Below, in pieces: positions 1 through 8,095 of a DNA stretch of 64,000 nucleotides. Source of the stretch: an uncultured Clostridia bacterium (GTDB lineage Bacteria; Bacillota; Clostridia; Christensenellales; UBA1242). The stretch lies in contig CATKXS010000005.1 in NCBI GenBank assembly GCA_949841045.1, positions 650 to 64,649 of the forward strand. The letters are read 5' to 3'. Below the pieces are notes generated by a model. It was given only the letters and a program-made list of their open reading frames with translations, had not been told where the DNA came from and did not search any database. Each line of letters starts with the position of its first letter. The stretch's first letter is position 1. Both the position numbers and the translations under genes were made by a program.

Positions 1-624
1 TTTAATTTGATATTTTTTGTTTTGCACTAAATAGCCCTCAATATCATTTGTAAACATGCAGTCCTCATTTGCTTTAATGAGTTCGTCAAGGGTAGTGTCA
101 TTTAGATATGCAATTTCTTTTACTACTAAAAAACTTGCATAGGCGTCATCGCAGCTTTTATGGAAAGAAAGCTTATTTGTATCTACTTCAAGGTTCTCTA
201 AAATGTTTTCAAGTTTTTCAACATGAGGACGATTGTATAATTTTTTATAAACCTTTTGAGTGTCAAATGCGGCGAGCGGAAGAAGTGGAAGTTTGTATCT
301 ATTGCATGCCATATTTAAAAAGGCAAAGTCGCTTTTATTACTATGACCAAGCAGGGTGTATTTTTTGTCCACAAGCAGATTTTTTATCTTTTCATAATGA
401 CAAGAGAAATTGTCTTGTTTATAAAATGTTTCGGGCGGGTAAGATAGTTCTATCTTTGGACGCTTGCCATGAGCATTTAAAATAAATTTGTTTTCTGGAT
501 TGATAAGAATATCCCTTTTTTCGAGCATGTGTAAGTTTTCGTCAAAAAGACAATAGCCTAACGAACATATGTCGTGGCCATTGCAACATTCAATATCAAA
601 AAACAAATATTTGCCTTTTTTCAC
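1..624 (-). CDS. DEDDh-type 3'-5' exonuclease domain protein (C-terminus beyond left window edge)
   Basis: Own translation of the minus strand from GTG (622-624): VKKGKYLFFDIECCNG (Exo I DxE), LLGHSNKSDFAFL (Exo II), FHKSCDDAYA (Exo III H-x4-D). Open to position 1; absent from the ORF track because no stop lies in the window. Confidence 0.6.
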   Translation of the reverse strand, partial: MKKGKYLFFDIECCNGHDICSLGYCLFDENLHMLEKRDILINPENKFILNAHGKRPKIELSYPPETFYKQDNFSCHYEKIKNLLVDKKYTLLGHSNKSDFAFLNMACNRYKLPLLPLAAFDTQKVYKKLYNRPHVEKLENILENLEVDTNKLSFHKSCDDAYASFLVVKEIAYLNDTTLDELIKANEDCMFTNDIEGYLVQNKKYQIK

Positions 625-733
625 ATTTATATAATAGTCAATTTTTAAATTTAAATCAAATGTTTGAGATAATATATAAAAATATATTGATATAGAGTAA
701 ATTTTTGTTATACTAGAAACAAAGGGAATTATT

Positions 734-1462
734 ATGTTATGGAGTCCATGGCATGGCTGTCATAAGTGCAGTCCTGGGTGCTTAAATTGTTATGTTTTTT
801 ATCAGGATAAAAGATATGAAAAAGATTCGAGTGTAGTCACAAGGTCAAAAACGAACTTTAATCTTCCTCTTAAAAAAGATAGAGCAGGGAATTATAAGAT
901 AGCAAGTGGTAGCGAGGTCGCCACATGCTTTACCTCAGACTTTTTTATTGAAGAGGCGGACGCCTGGCGCGGGGAAGTATGGGAAATAATAAAGAAAAGA
1001 CCTGACGTCAAATTTTTAATATGCACAAAACGAATTGAGCGTTTTGAAAGTTGCATTCCTGCTGACTGGGGAGAAGGCTATGATAATGTCGCAATCGCCG
1101 TGACGGGAGAGTGCCAAATAAAAGCGGACGAAAGAGTGCCTATTCTTCTTAATATTAAGGCAAAGAAAAAGTTTATATTTGTTTCGCCTATTTTAGAAGA
1201 GGTTAACCTTGAAAAATATCTTGCTAGCGGAAAGATTGATATGGTGTCAGTTGGCGGTGAGTCTTACTCAAATGCAAGACCATGCAATTTTGATTGGGTG
1301 AAAGATATTAAAAGACAATGTGATAAATATGGTGTTGAATTCGATTTTCATCAAACGGGCTCAAACTTTATTATGAATGGCAAGACCTATAAAATAAAAC
1401 ATCGCGATGAATATTCTCAGGCAAAGAAAGGTGAAAAACTTTTGCAAAATATTCAAGATTAA
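734..1462 (+). CDS. DUF5131 / phage Gp37-Gp68 family protein
   Basis: N-terminal MLWSPWHGCHKCSPGCLNCY Cys motif typical of this family; 242 aa. Confidence 0.7.
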   Translation: MLWSPWHGCHKCSPGCLNCYVFYQDKRYEKDSSVVTRSKTNFNLPLKKDRAGNYKIASGSEVATCFTSDFFIEEADAWRGEVWEIIKKRPDVKFLICTKRIERFESCIPADWGEGYDNVAIAVTGECQIKADERVPILLNIKAKKKFIFVSPILEEVNLEKYLASGKIDMVSVGGESYSNARPCNFDWVKDIKRQCDKYGVEFDFHQTGSNFIMNGKTYKIKHRDEYSQAKKGEKLLQNIQD

Positions 1463-1610
1463 AAAATGCATACCATAAAACGGCATGCTTTTTTGTTGTC
1501 TATTTTACATGTTTCTCTATTTTTATATATAAATCGACAAATTTGATATTTTAAATAATATGAAAAATAAAAATGATTGGCATTATTAAACATTATTTTT
1601 GCAATATTAC

Positions 1611-1637
1611 TTGACAAATTTCGGGGGGGGGTATAAT
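1611..1637 (+). promoter_or_regulatory. Sigma-A type promoter with G9 tract in the spacer
   Basis: TTGACA 1611-1616, 15-nt spacer containing G9 (1623-1631), TATAAT 1632-1637; lies about 30 nt upstream of the 1667 start. Confidence 0.6.
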
Positions 1638-1666
1638 GAAGGTAGATTAAATTTGTGGAGGCAAGA

Positions 1667-2062
1667 ATGTATATTACAACCATAACGATACTTTTACTAT
1701 TAGGCGGTATAGTTGTTGCTTTAACAAATTTATTTGTAAAAAATAGTACAAAAGTAAAGGAGATACATATGGAAGAAAATAACAACAATAATGGTACTAA
1801 CATTCAGCATGAATCTAAAACGGCAGTCGGTGTTCTCTTGGGACTGTTTTTAGGTTTGATTGGTCTAGTAATAGGTTTATTATTGTACAAAGAGAACACG
1901 ACGGAACGCTCAACTTTTATAAAGGGTTGGTTATGGGCTTTTTTGATTGCTGTTATTGCTGGTGTAGTAATAGGTATAATAGTTTATGTTACAACACTTA
2001 ATTCTTTGAATGGAATATTAAACAATAGCAGAAATATATATGGCTTAATTAAATCTATGTAG
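1667..2062 (+). CDS. small multi-pass membrane protein, function unknown
   Basis: ORF-track frame 1655..2062. ATG 1667 follows GGAGG (1657-1661). Three hydrophobic segments and a poly-Asn linker. Confidence 0.6.
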   Translation: MYITTITILLLLGGIVVALTNLFVKNSTKVKEIHMEENNNNNGTNIQHESKTAVGVLLGLFLGLIGLVIGLLLYKENTTERSTFIKGWLWAFLIAVIAGVVIGIIVYVTTLNSLNGILNNSRNIYGLIKSM

Positions 2063-2074
2063 TATATTCAAAAG

Positions 2075-2102
2075 CAAATAGAGTCAGTCTATTTGTTTTT
2101 TG
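2075..2102 (+). terminator. Rho-independent terminator
   Basis: caaataga / tctatttg 8-bp stem followed by a T-run. Confidence 0.7.
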
Positions 2103-2291
2103 TTGTGGAGTAATTAAGCGAATGAAATATTTTTAATTGTAAATTGTTATTAATGGAGAAGTTTTTGGCAATATGTTTATGCTATCATAACCAAATGCTT
2201 TGATAATTTAATTTCATTTACAAAATGTTAGAAAATCATTTGTAATTTTTGGCAAAATGGTATATAATCTAGTTTTGTAAAAGGAGAATAT

Positions 2292-4916
2292 ATGAAACAA
2301 TTTGTTTACTTATTTAAAGAAGCTGATGGAAAAAACAAAGCTCTCTTTGGTGGCAAGGGTGCAAACCTCGCCGAAATGACTAATCTTGGTATGCCTGTTC
2401 CACAAGGTTTTACCGTTACTACTGAGGCCTGCACTCAGTACTATAAGGACGGAAGAAAAATTAACGACCTTATTATGAATCAAATCGAGTACAAGCTTTC
2501 TGAGCTTGAAAAAATGACTGGTAAAAAGTTTGGAGATAAAAACAATCCACTTCTTGTATCAGTTCGTTCAGGTGCACGCGTATCTATGCCTGGTATGATG
2601 GATACTATCCTCAACCTTGGTCTTAACGACGTTGTTGTTGAAGGACTTGCTAAACTCACAAAAAATCCTAGATTTGCTTATGACTCTTACAGAAGATTTA
2701 TTCAAATGTTCTCTGATGTTGTTATGCAACAAGAAAAATCTAAGTATGAAAGAATCCTTGACAAAGTTAAGGAAGAGAAGGGTGTAGAGTTTGATAAAGA
2801 CCTTTCTGCTGACGACCTTAAAGAGATTGTAAAATTATTTAAAGACCTTTACAAGAAATCTCAAGGCGAGGATTTCCCACAAGAACCAAAAACTCAACTT
2901 ATTGAAGCTGTTAAAGCGGTATTCCGTTCTTGGGATAACGACAGAGCCAACGTTTACAGAAGAATGCATGACATTCCTTACGAATGGGGAACTGCTGTTA
3001 ACGTTCAATCAATGGTATTTGGTAACATGGGTGAAACATCTGGTACTGGTGTTGCTTTCTCTCGTAACCCTTCTACTGGTGAAAACAAACTCTATGGTGA
3101 ATACCTTATGAACGCACAAGGCGAAGACGTTGTTGCTGGTATTAGAACACCACTCCCAATTTCTACTCTTGAAAAACAAAACCCACAAGTTTACAAACAA
3201 TTTGCTGATATTGCAAAGAAACTTGAAAAACACAACAAAGATATGCAAGATATGGAGTTCACTATCGAAAATGGCAAACTCTATATGCTTCAAACAAGAA
3301 ATGGTAAGAGAACAGCTAAGGCTGCACTCAAAGTTGCCGTTGACCTTGTTAGCGAGGGTATGATTACCGAAAAAGAAGCACTTATGATGCTTGACCCTAA
3401 ACAACTCGATGCTCTTCTTCACCCTCAATTTAATGAAAAAGCTCTTAAAAATGCCCAAGCAATTGCTGAAGCTCTTCCAGCTTCTCCTGGTGCTGCTTGT
3501 GGTAAAATCTGCTTTACAGCAGAACATGCTAAAGAACTTGCAAAGACAGAGAAAGTTGTTCTTGTAAGACTTGAAACATCTCCAGAAGATATTGAAGGTA
3601 TGGCTGCCAGCCAAGGTGTCCTCACTGCTCGTGGTGGTATGACTTCTCACGCTGCCGTTGTTGCTCGTGGTATGGGTACTGCTTGCGTTGCTGGTTGCAG
3701 TGCAATCAAATTTGCTGAAGACGAAAAATCTTTCACTCTTAATGGCAAAACTTACCTTGAAGGAGATGAAATCTCATTTGACGGTTCTACTGGTAAAATT
3801 TATGACGGTATTATCGCAACTGAACCTGCTAAAATTTCTGGCGAATTCGCTACTATTATGGAATGGGCTGATAAATATCGTGCTATGCAAGTTCGTACAA
3901 ACGCTGATAATCCAAAAGATGCTAAAAATGCATTCAACTTTGGCGCTCAAGGCGTAGGCCTTTGCAGAACAGAGCATATGTTCTTTGAAGCTGACAGAAT
4001 TCCTGCAGTTAGAGAAATGATTGTTTCTTCAACTGTTGAAGAAAGAAAGAGAGCTCTTGCAAAACTCCTTCCAATGCAAAGAAAAGACTTTATTGGAATT
4101 TACAAGGCAATGCAAGGTCTTCCTGTTACAATCCGTTTCCTTGACCCACCTCTTCACGAATTCCTTCCTCACGAAGATGGTGAAATTAGAGCACTAGCAA
4201 ACGAAATGGGCATCACTTTTGAAAGACTTAAACAAACAGTTGCTGACCTTCACGAATTTAACCCAATGATGGGTCACCGTGGACTTCGTCTTGCTGTAAC
4301 TTATCCTGAAATTGCTGAAATGCAAACTCAAGCGGTTATTGAAGCGGCTATCTCTGTAAACAAAGAAATGGGCTTCAAGATTGTTCCAGAAATCATGATT
4401 CCTCTTACTTGCGACAGCAAAGAGTTCAAGTATGTAAGAGATATTGTTGCTGCTAAGGCTGATGAAATCATCGCTAAGAATGGTGCTGAACTTAACTACA
4501 AGATTGGTACTATGATTGAAATTCCACGTGCTGCTGTAACTGCTGATGAAGTTGCTAAGTATGCTGAATTCTTCTCATTCGGTACTAATGACCTTACTCA
4601 AATGTCTTATGGCTTCAGCCGTGATGACGCGGGTAAATTCCTTGATGTTTACTATGCTAAGAAAATTTTTGAAAGCGACCCATTCGCTAGACTTGACCAA
4701 AACGGTGTTGGTAAACTCGTTAAAATGGCTTGCGAGCTTGGAAGAAAAGAAAGACCATCAATCAAACTTGGAATTTGTGGTGAACATGGTGGAGACCCAT
4801 CAAGTGTTGAATTCTGCCACAATACTGGCCTTACTTACGTTTCTTGCTCTCCATTCAGAGTCCCAATTGCAAGACTTGCCGCTGCTCAAGCAAATATTAA
4901 AAACCCAAGAAGATAA
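2292..4916 (+). CDS. ppdK: pyruvate, phosphate dikinase
   Basis: 874 aa. Shows GGKGANLAEM, the phosphohistidine region GGMTSHAAVVARG and C-terminal GICGEHGGDP. RBS aaggag lies before the ATG. Confidence 0.95.
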   Translation: MKQFVYLFKEADGKNKALFGGKGANLAEMTNLGMPVPQGFTVTTEACTQYYKDGRKINDLIMNQIEYKLSELEKMTGKKFGDKNNPLLVSVRSGARVSMPGMMDTILNLGLNDVVVEGLAKLTKNPRFAYDSYRRFIQMFSDVVMQQEKSKYERILDKVKEEKGVEFDKDLSADDLKEIVKLFKDLYKKSQGEDFPQEPKTQLIEAVKAVFRSWDNDRANVYRRMHDIPYEWGTAVNVQSMVFGNMGETSGTGVAFSRNPSTGENKLYGEYLMNAQGEDVVAGIRTPLPISTLEKQNPQVYKQFADIAKKLEKHNKDMQDMEFTIENGKLYMLQTRNGKRTAKAALKVAVDLVSEGMITEKEALMMLDPKQLDALLHPQFNEKALKNAQAIAEALPASPGAACGKICFTAEHAKELAKTEKVVLVRLETSPEDIEGMAASQGVLTARGGMTSHAAVVARGMGTACVAGCSAIKFAEDEKSFTLNGKTYLEGDEISFDGSTGKIYDGIIATEPAKISGEFATIMEWADKYRAMQVRTNADNPKDAKNAFNFGAQGVGLCRTEHMFFEADRIPAVREMIVSSTVEERKRALAKLLPMQRKDFIGIYKAMQGLPVTIRFLDPPLHEFLPHEDGEIRALANEMGITFERLKQTVADLHEFNPMMGHRGLRLAVTYPEIAEMQTQAVIEAAISVNKEMGFKIVPEIMIPLTCDSKEFKYVRDIVAAKADEIIAKNGAELNYKIGTMIEIPRAAVTADEVAKYAEFFSFGTNDLTQMSYGFSRDDAGKFLDVYYAKKIFESDPFARLDQNGVGKLVKMACELGRKERPSIKLGICGEHGGDPSSVEFCHNTGLTYVSCSPFRVPIARLAAAQANIKNPRR

Positions 4917-4970
4917 TTTAAAACTTATCTCTTTGAATGAAAGTATGTGATAATTTATGTTATTACACAA

Positions 4971-5000
4971 AAAAGACAAACATTTAAGTTTGTCTTTTTT
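4971..5000. terminator. bidirectional Rho-independent terminator
   Basis: aaaagacaaac / gtttgtctttt 11-bp stem flanked by an A-run and a T-run, between convergent genes. Confidence 0.8.
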
Positions 5001-5078
5001 AATATCATTGAAAACTTGAAGTTTATCTTATTTTAGAGGGTATCTTTTAAAGTTTTAAATATAATTATTTATTTCCAA

Positions 5079-5375
5079 TTACATTTCTGCTTCAATATCA
5101 TCTGAATCACTTGCATTGTTTTCACGAGCTTCTTTGAGGCGAGCTTCTTTCAATCTTTCAAAAGTTTTTGAAAAACCCATAAATCCGATAATTTCAGTAT
5201 CTTCGCCAGCTTTAAATAGTTTATCAGTCATAGCCTTTTTCCATTCTTTAACAGAATCTAATGTTAAGATTTCTTGAATTGACTTTCCTTTGAAAAGATT
5301 CTCAATATAAAGGGAAGTGCTCATACCTAAGGCTAAGTCGCTGATTGCATTGATACGTTTATTGAATAATTCCAT
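5079..5375 (-). CDS. hypothetical protein
   Basis: 98-aa ORF with an acidic C-terminus; sits between a terminator and an intergenic region. No family recognised. Confidence 0.5.
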   Translation of the reverse strand: MELFNKRINAISDLALGMSTSLYIENLFKGKSIQEILTLDSVKEWKKAMTDKLFKAGEDTEIIGFMGFSKTFERLKEARLKEARENNASDSDDIEAEM

Positions 5376-5645
5376 AATAATTCTCCTTTGACAGAATTAT
5401 ATATGTTGAAATAGGCAAAGTCAATACAGTTTTTTAAGAAATTGTTGAATTTTGTAGCCAAAATTCTCCATTCGACAAATTTCGACTTTTTGATTTGGCT
5501 ACGACTCATTTAAATTTTGAATTATGGTGCTCTTTTGTGTTTATTAGGCAATAAAGAAATGTCTTTTTAAAAAATCTTATTTTTTCTTTACAATTAAATT
5601 TCTTTGTGCTAAAATAGGATAGAAATTAATCTGAGAGGTGGAAAT

Positions 5646-5840
5646 ATGATGATTGAACCATCAATAGACAAACTATTGAGCCAAACAAAAGGTAATAAAT
5701 ATATTCTTTGCAATGTTGTTTCAAAACGCGCAAAGGAAATTGAAAGTGTAAGAAGACTTGAACTTGCAGACCAAGACAAAAAGGCAATAAGTCTTGCTTG
5801 TGAAGAAGTTGCTGAGGGAAAGGTGAAAACATCAAAATAA
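5646..5840 (+). CDS. rpoZ: DNA-directed RNA polymerase subunit omega
   Basis: MMIEPSIDKLL...NKYILCNVVSKRAKEI matches the RpoZ N-terminal pattern. RBS gagagg lies upstream. Confidence 0.8.
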   Translation: MMIEPSIDKLLSQTKGNKYILCNVVSKRAKEIESVRRLELADQDKKAISLACEEVAEGKVKTSK

Positions 5841-6033
5841 AAATAGGTGTTATTCTTGTAATTTTAAAGAAAGAAGCATATCGATTGATATGCTTTTTTC
5901 TTATTGTTGTCATTTTCGAATCGGTGGGTTCTTGCATTTTTAAGTTGCAAATATATTATAATTTGCCAAAAAGTTTTTATTTTAGTGTTAATTCGCGCAG
6001 TTTAATAATAAAATACTTTGAGGTTTTATTTAT

Positions 6034-6720
6034 ATGTTTTTGACAATAAAAAAGAAGGCGATATTAGGCGTTTTATTATGTATTTTGTGCGCGGGCGGGG
6101 TGTGCGGAACATTTTTTGCGGTTAAGGCTAGCGCAACACCTAAGTTTACACATACCATTGTGATTGACGTTGGACATGGTGGAAGAGATGGTGGTGCGGT
6201 CGGCGTTTCGACGGGTATAACTGAAAGCGAACTTAATCTTACTTATGCAAAACAGCTTAAAAAACTTTGCAATGAGTTTGGTATTAAAGCGGTGCTGACG
6301 CGTGAAAATATGGACGGACTTTATGACCCGAACGCCACAAATAAAAAGAAGAGCGAAATGCAAAAACGCGAAAAGATTATCAATGGAAGCAGGGCAGAAC
6401 TTATGGTCAGTATCCACATGAATTCTTTTCCGACTTCTTCATGTTCTGGCGCGCAAATCTTTTATGCAAAAGGTAGCGAAAGCGGATTTGACCTTGCAAA
6501 AAGCGTACAACTATCCGTTTGCAAGTCTTTTGATAGTGCAAGAGATTATGTGACTGTTGGCGACTATTATGTGTTAAATTGTGCTAAAATTCCTGCAATT
6601 CTTATTGAATGTGGCTTTTTATCAAACCCAACTGAAGAAAAACTTTTGACAAGCGAAAAATATTGTGAAAGTTTTTGTTATTCGGTTTTGGCCGGTATAA
6701 TTTCATTTTTTCAGATGTAA
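6034..6720 (+). CDS. cwlD: N-acetylmuramoyl-L-alanine amidase, CwlD-like (germination-specific)
   Basis: N-terminal TM/signal segment followed by Amidase_3 motifs VIDVGHGGRDGGA, SIHMNSF and ECGFLSNPTEE. Confidence 0.75.
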   Translation: MFLTIKKKAILGVLLCILCAGGVCGTFFAVKASATPKFTHTIVIDVGHGGRDGGAVGVSTGITESELNLTYAKQLKKLCNEFGIKAVLTRENMDGLYDPNATNKKKSEMQKREKIINGSRAELMVSIHMNSFPTSSCSGAQIFYAKGSESGFDLAKSVQLSVCKSFDSARDYVTVGDYYVLNCAKIPAILIECGFLSNPTEEKLLTSEKYCESFCYSVLAGIISFFQM

Positions 6721-6781
6721 AATTTGACTAAGCTCACAATAAAATGTTATAATACTATATAAATAACGAAAGAGGTGAAAA

Positions 6782-7339
6782 ATGTTTATTGCACTTAGCG
6801 GAGTATCGGCAGTTGGTAAAAATACAGTTATAAGCGAGCTTATTAAAAGACGAGATAATATCAAAGTTTTAACTCGCTCTTCTGCGACTACAAGAGCGCC
6901 ACGAGAGAGTGACGGACAATTTGAGACCTATGTTTATCTTTCAAAAGAGGAATTTGAAAAGTGGATAAAAGAGGGCAAGTTTTATGAACATGAACTTGTT
7001 CACGACAATTATTATGGAACTATTTTGTCCGTGCTTGAAATGGCGAAAAAAGACAAAAACACTTTCTATATGAGAGATATTGATGTCAAAGGTGCGGTCA
7101 ACTTAAAAAAGTTTTTCGGCGACGAATATTTGACAATCTTCTTAGATGCGCCTGACGAGGTTATCAGAGAAAGACTGATTGGTCGCGGTGATAATGAGGC
7201 CGACATTGAAAAGAGATTGTCTAGGAGCACACTTGAAAGGTCGTACAAAAATCATTATGACCTTGTGATTGAAAATATTGATATTGAAAAAACGATTGAT
7301 ACAATACTTTCGTTTATAGATAAAAAATTCAAAAAATAA
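6782..7339 (+). CDS. gmk: guanylate kinase family protein
   Basis: P-loop LSGVSAVGKNT, TTRAPRE and the YYGT pattern of guanylate kinases. Confidence 0.7.
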   Translation: MFIALSGVSAVGKNTVISELIKRRDNIKVLTRSSATTRAPRESDGQFETYVYLSKEEFEKWIKEGKFYEHELVHDNYYGTILSVLEMAKKDKNTFYMRDIDVKGAVNLKKFFGDEYLTIFLDAPDEVIRERLIGRGDNEADIEKRLSRSTLERSYKNHYDLVIENIDIEKTIDTILSFIDKKFKK

Positions 7340-7367
7340 AAGTTGTAATTTCTTACAACTTTTTTTC
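7338..7367 (+). terminator. Rho-independent terminator
   Basis: agttgtaa / ttacaact stem followed by T6. Confidence 0.75.
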
Positions 7368-7427
7368 TTTAGACACGCAAGAATAACGAGAGAATTATCG
7401 ATTGTTTTGTGATGTTTAAATGCAAGA

Positions 7428-7898
7428 TTAATTTATTTTTCCCTCGACATGTTCTTCTGCTTTCGCTTGAACTTTTGTTTCTTCTTTAATCTTTTTGGTT
7501 GACTTATTAATATAGCCCTCTTTGTTTATTGTGTTAGGGTCAATAAGCCCATCATTGTTTATCATTATGCTTTCACCAAAATTTGTTGCAATGACGCCTT
7601 TGATAAGTCCAAGTTCATTTAACTTTGCAATATAGTCGCCCTTTGACTGATATTCGCTTGCGTCAATCAGCTTGCCGATATGATAAACTTTTCTGTCGAT
7701 TGGCTCGGTTGAAGTTGGATAAATTTTACCATTATGCTCAACAATATCAAAAATTTTATAAAAAGTCTCAATTTTTATCGCATTTTTTGGCAATTTTATG
7801 CTGTGAATGTCTGGTGAATCAATTTCGATAGTCTTGCAGAGCGGGAAAAAGTGCTTGTCACTTTTGATTGTTATATTTGCAAAGTATTGAATTTCCAT
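7428..7898 (-). CDS. hypothetical protein
   Basis: ORF-track frame 7428..7928. The ATG at 7898 is preceded by GGGAG; no family recognised. Confidence 0.5.
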   Translation of the reverse strand: MEIQYFANITIKSDKHFFPLCKTIEIDSPDIHSIKLPKNAIKIETFYKIFDIVEHNGKIYPTSTEPIDRKVYHIGKLIDASEYQSKGDYIAKLNELGLIKGVIATNFGESIMINNDGLIDPNTINKEGYINKSTKKIKEETKVQAKAEEHVEGKIN

Positions 7899-8008
7899 AA
7901 TTAACTCCCTATATTTCAATTTTAACATTTCGTTTTATTATTGTCAAGAATTGAACTTAATTTTATGTGTTTCAGGGTTGTCAAAGTTCTTTATTGAAAG
8001 GTTAGGTT

Positions 8009-8021
8009 GTGCCTAAGGCAC
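8009..8021 (+). repeat. singleton TAA-loop palindrome GTGCCTAAGGCAC
   Basis: Perfect 13-nt palindrome identical to copies at 55014 and (reverse complement) 39889, followed by TTTT. Confidence 0.7.
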
Positions 8022-8095
8022 TTTTAGTGGTTTTTCGGCAACATTCGGCAACTTTATTCTTAACTGTTGAAATATGGACGAGTTATACTCTTTAT

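Noticed and set aside
108-485. 125-aa plus-strand ORF at the window start
   Set aside because: It lies antisense to a minus-strand frame that carries all three DEDDh exonuclease motifs. Its own sequence is low-complexity, has no RBS and resembles no family.
2902-4950. Multiple 60-210 aa ORFs on both strands inside ppdK (e.g. 3009..3650 -, 3658..3957 +, 4546..4950 +)
   Set aside because: They are nested in alternative frames of a full-length, motif-complete ppdK. The same reasoning applies to the nested ORFs inside ftsZ (39127..39687 -), the DAK2 gene, argS, recR, dnaX, spoIIE and murD.
8009-8095. Long N-terminal extensions offered by the ORF track (spoIIE from 8009, U32 from 58712, murA from 34900, HTH gene from 47408, sigE, sigG, feoB, nrdR and others)
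   Set aside because: The extensions start at non-ATG codons, run through repeat, palindrome or GC-rich noncoding elements, and lack RBSs. Internal ATGs with good SDs give N-termini matching the known families.
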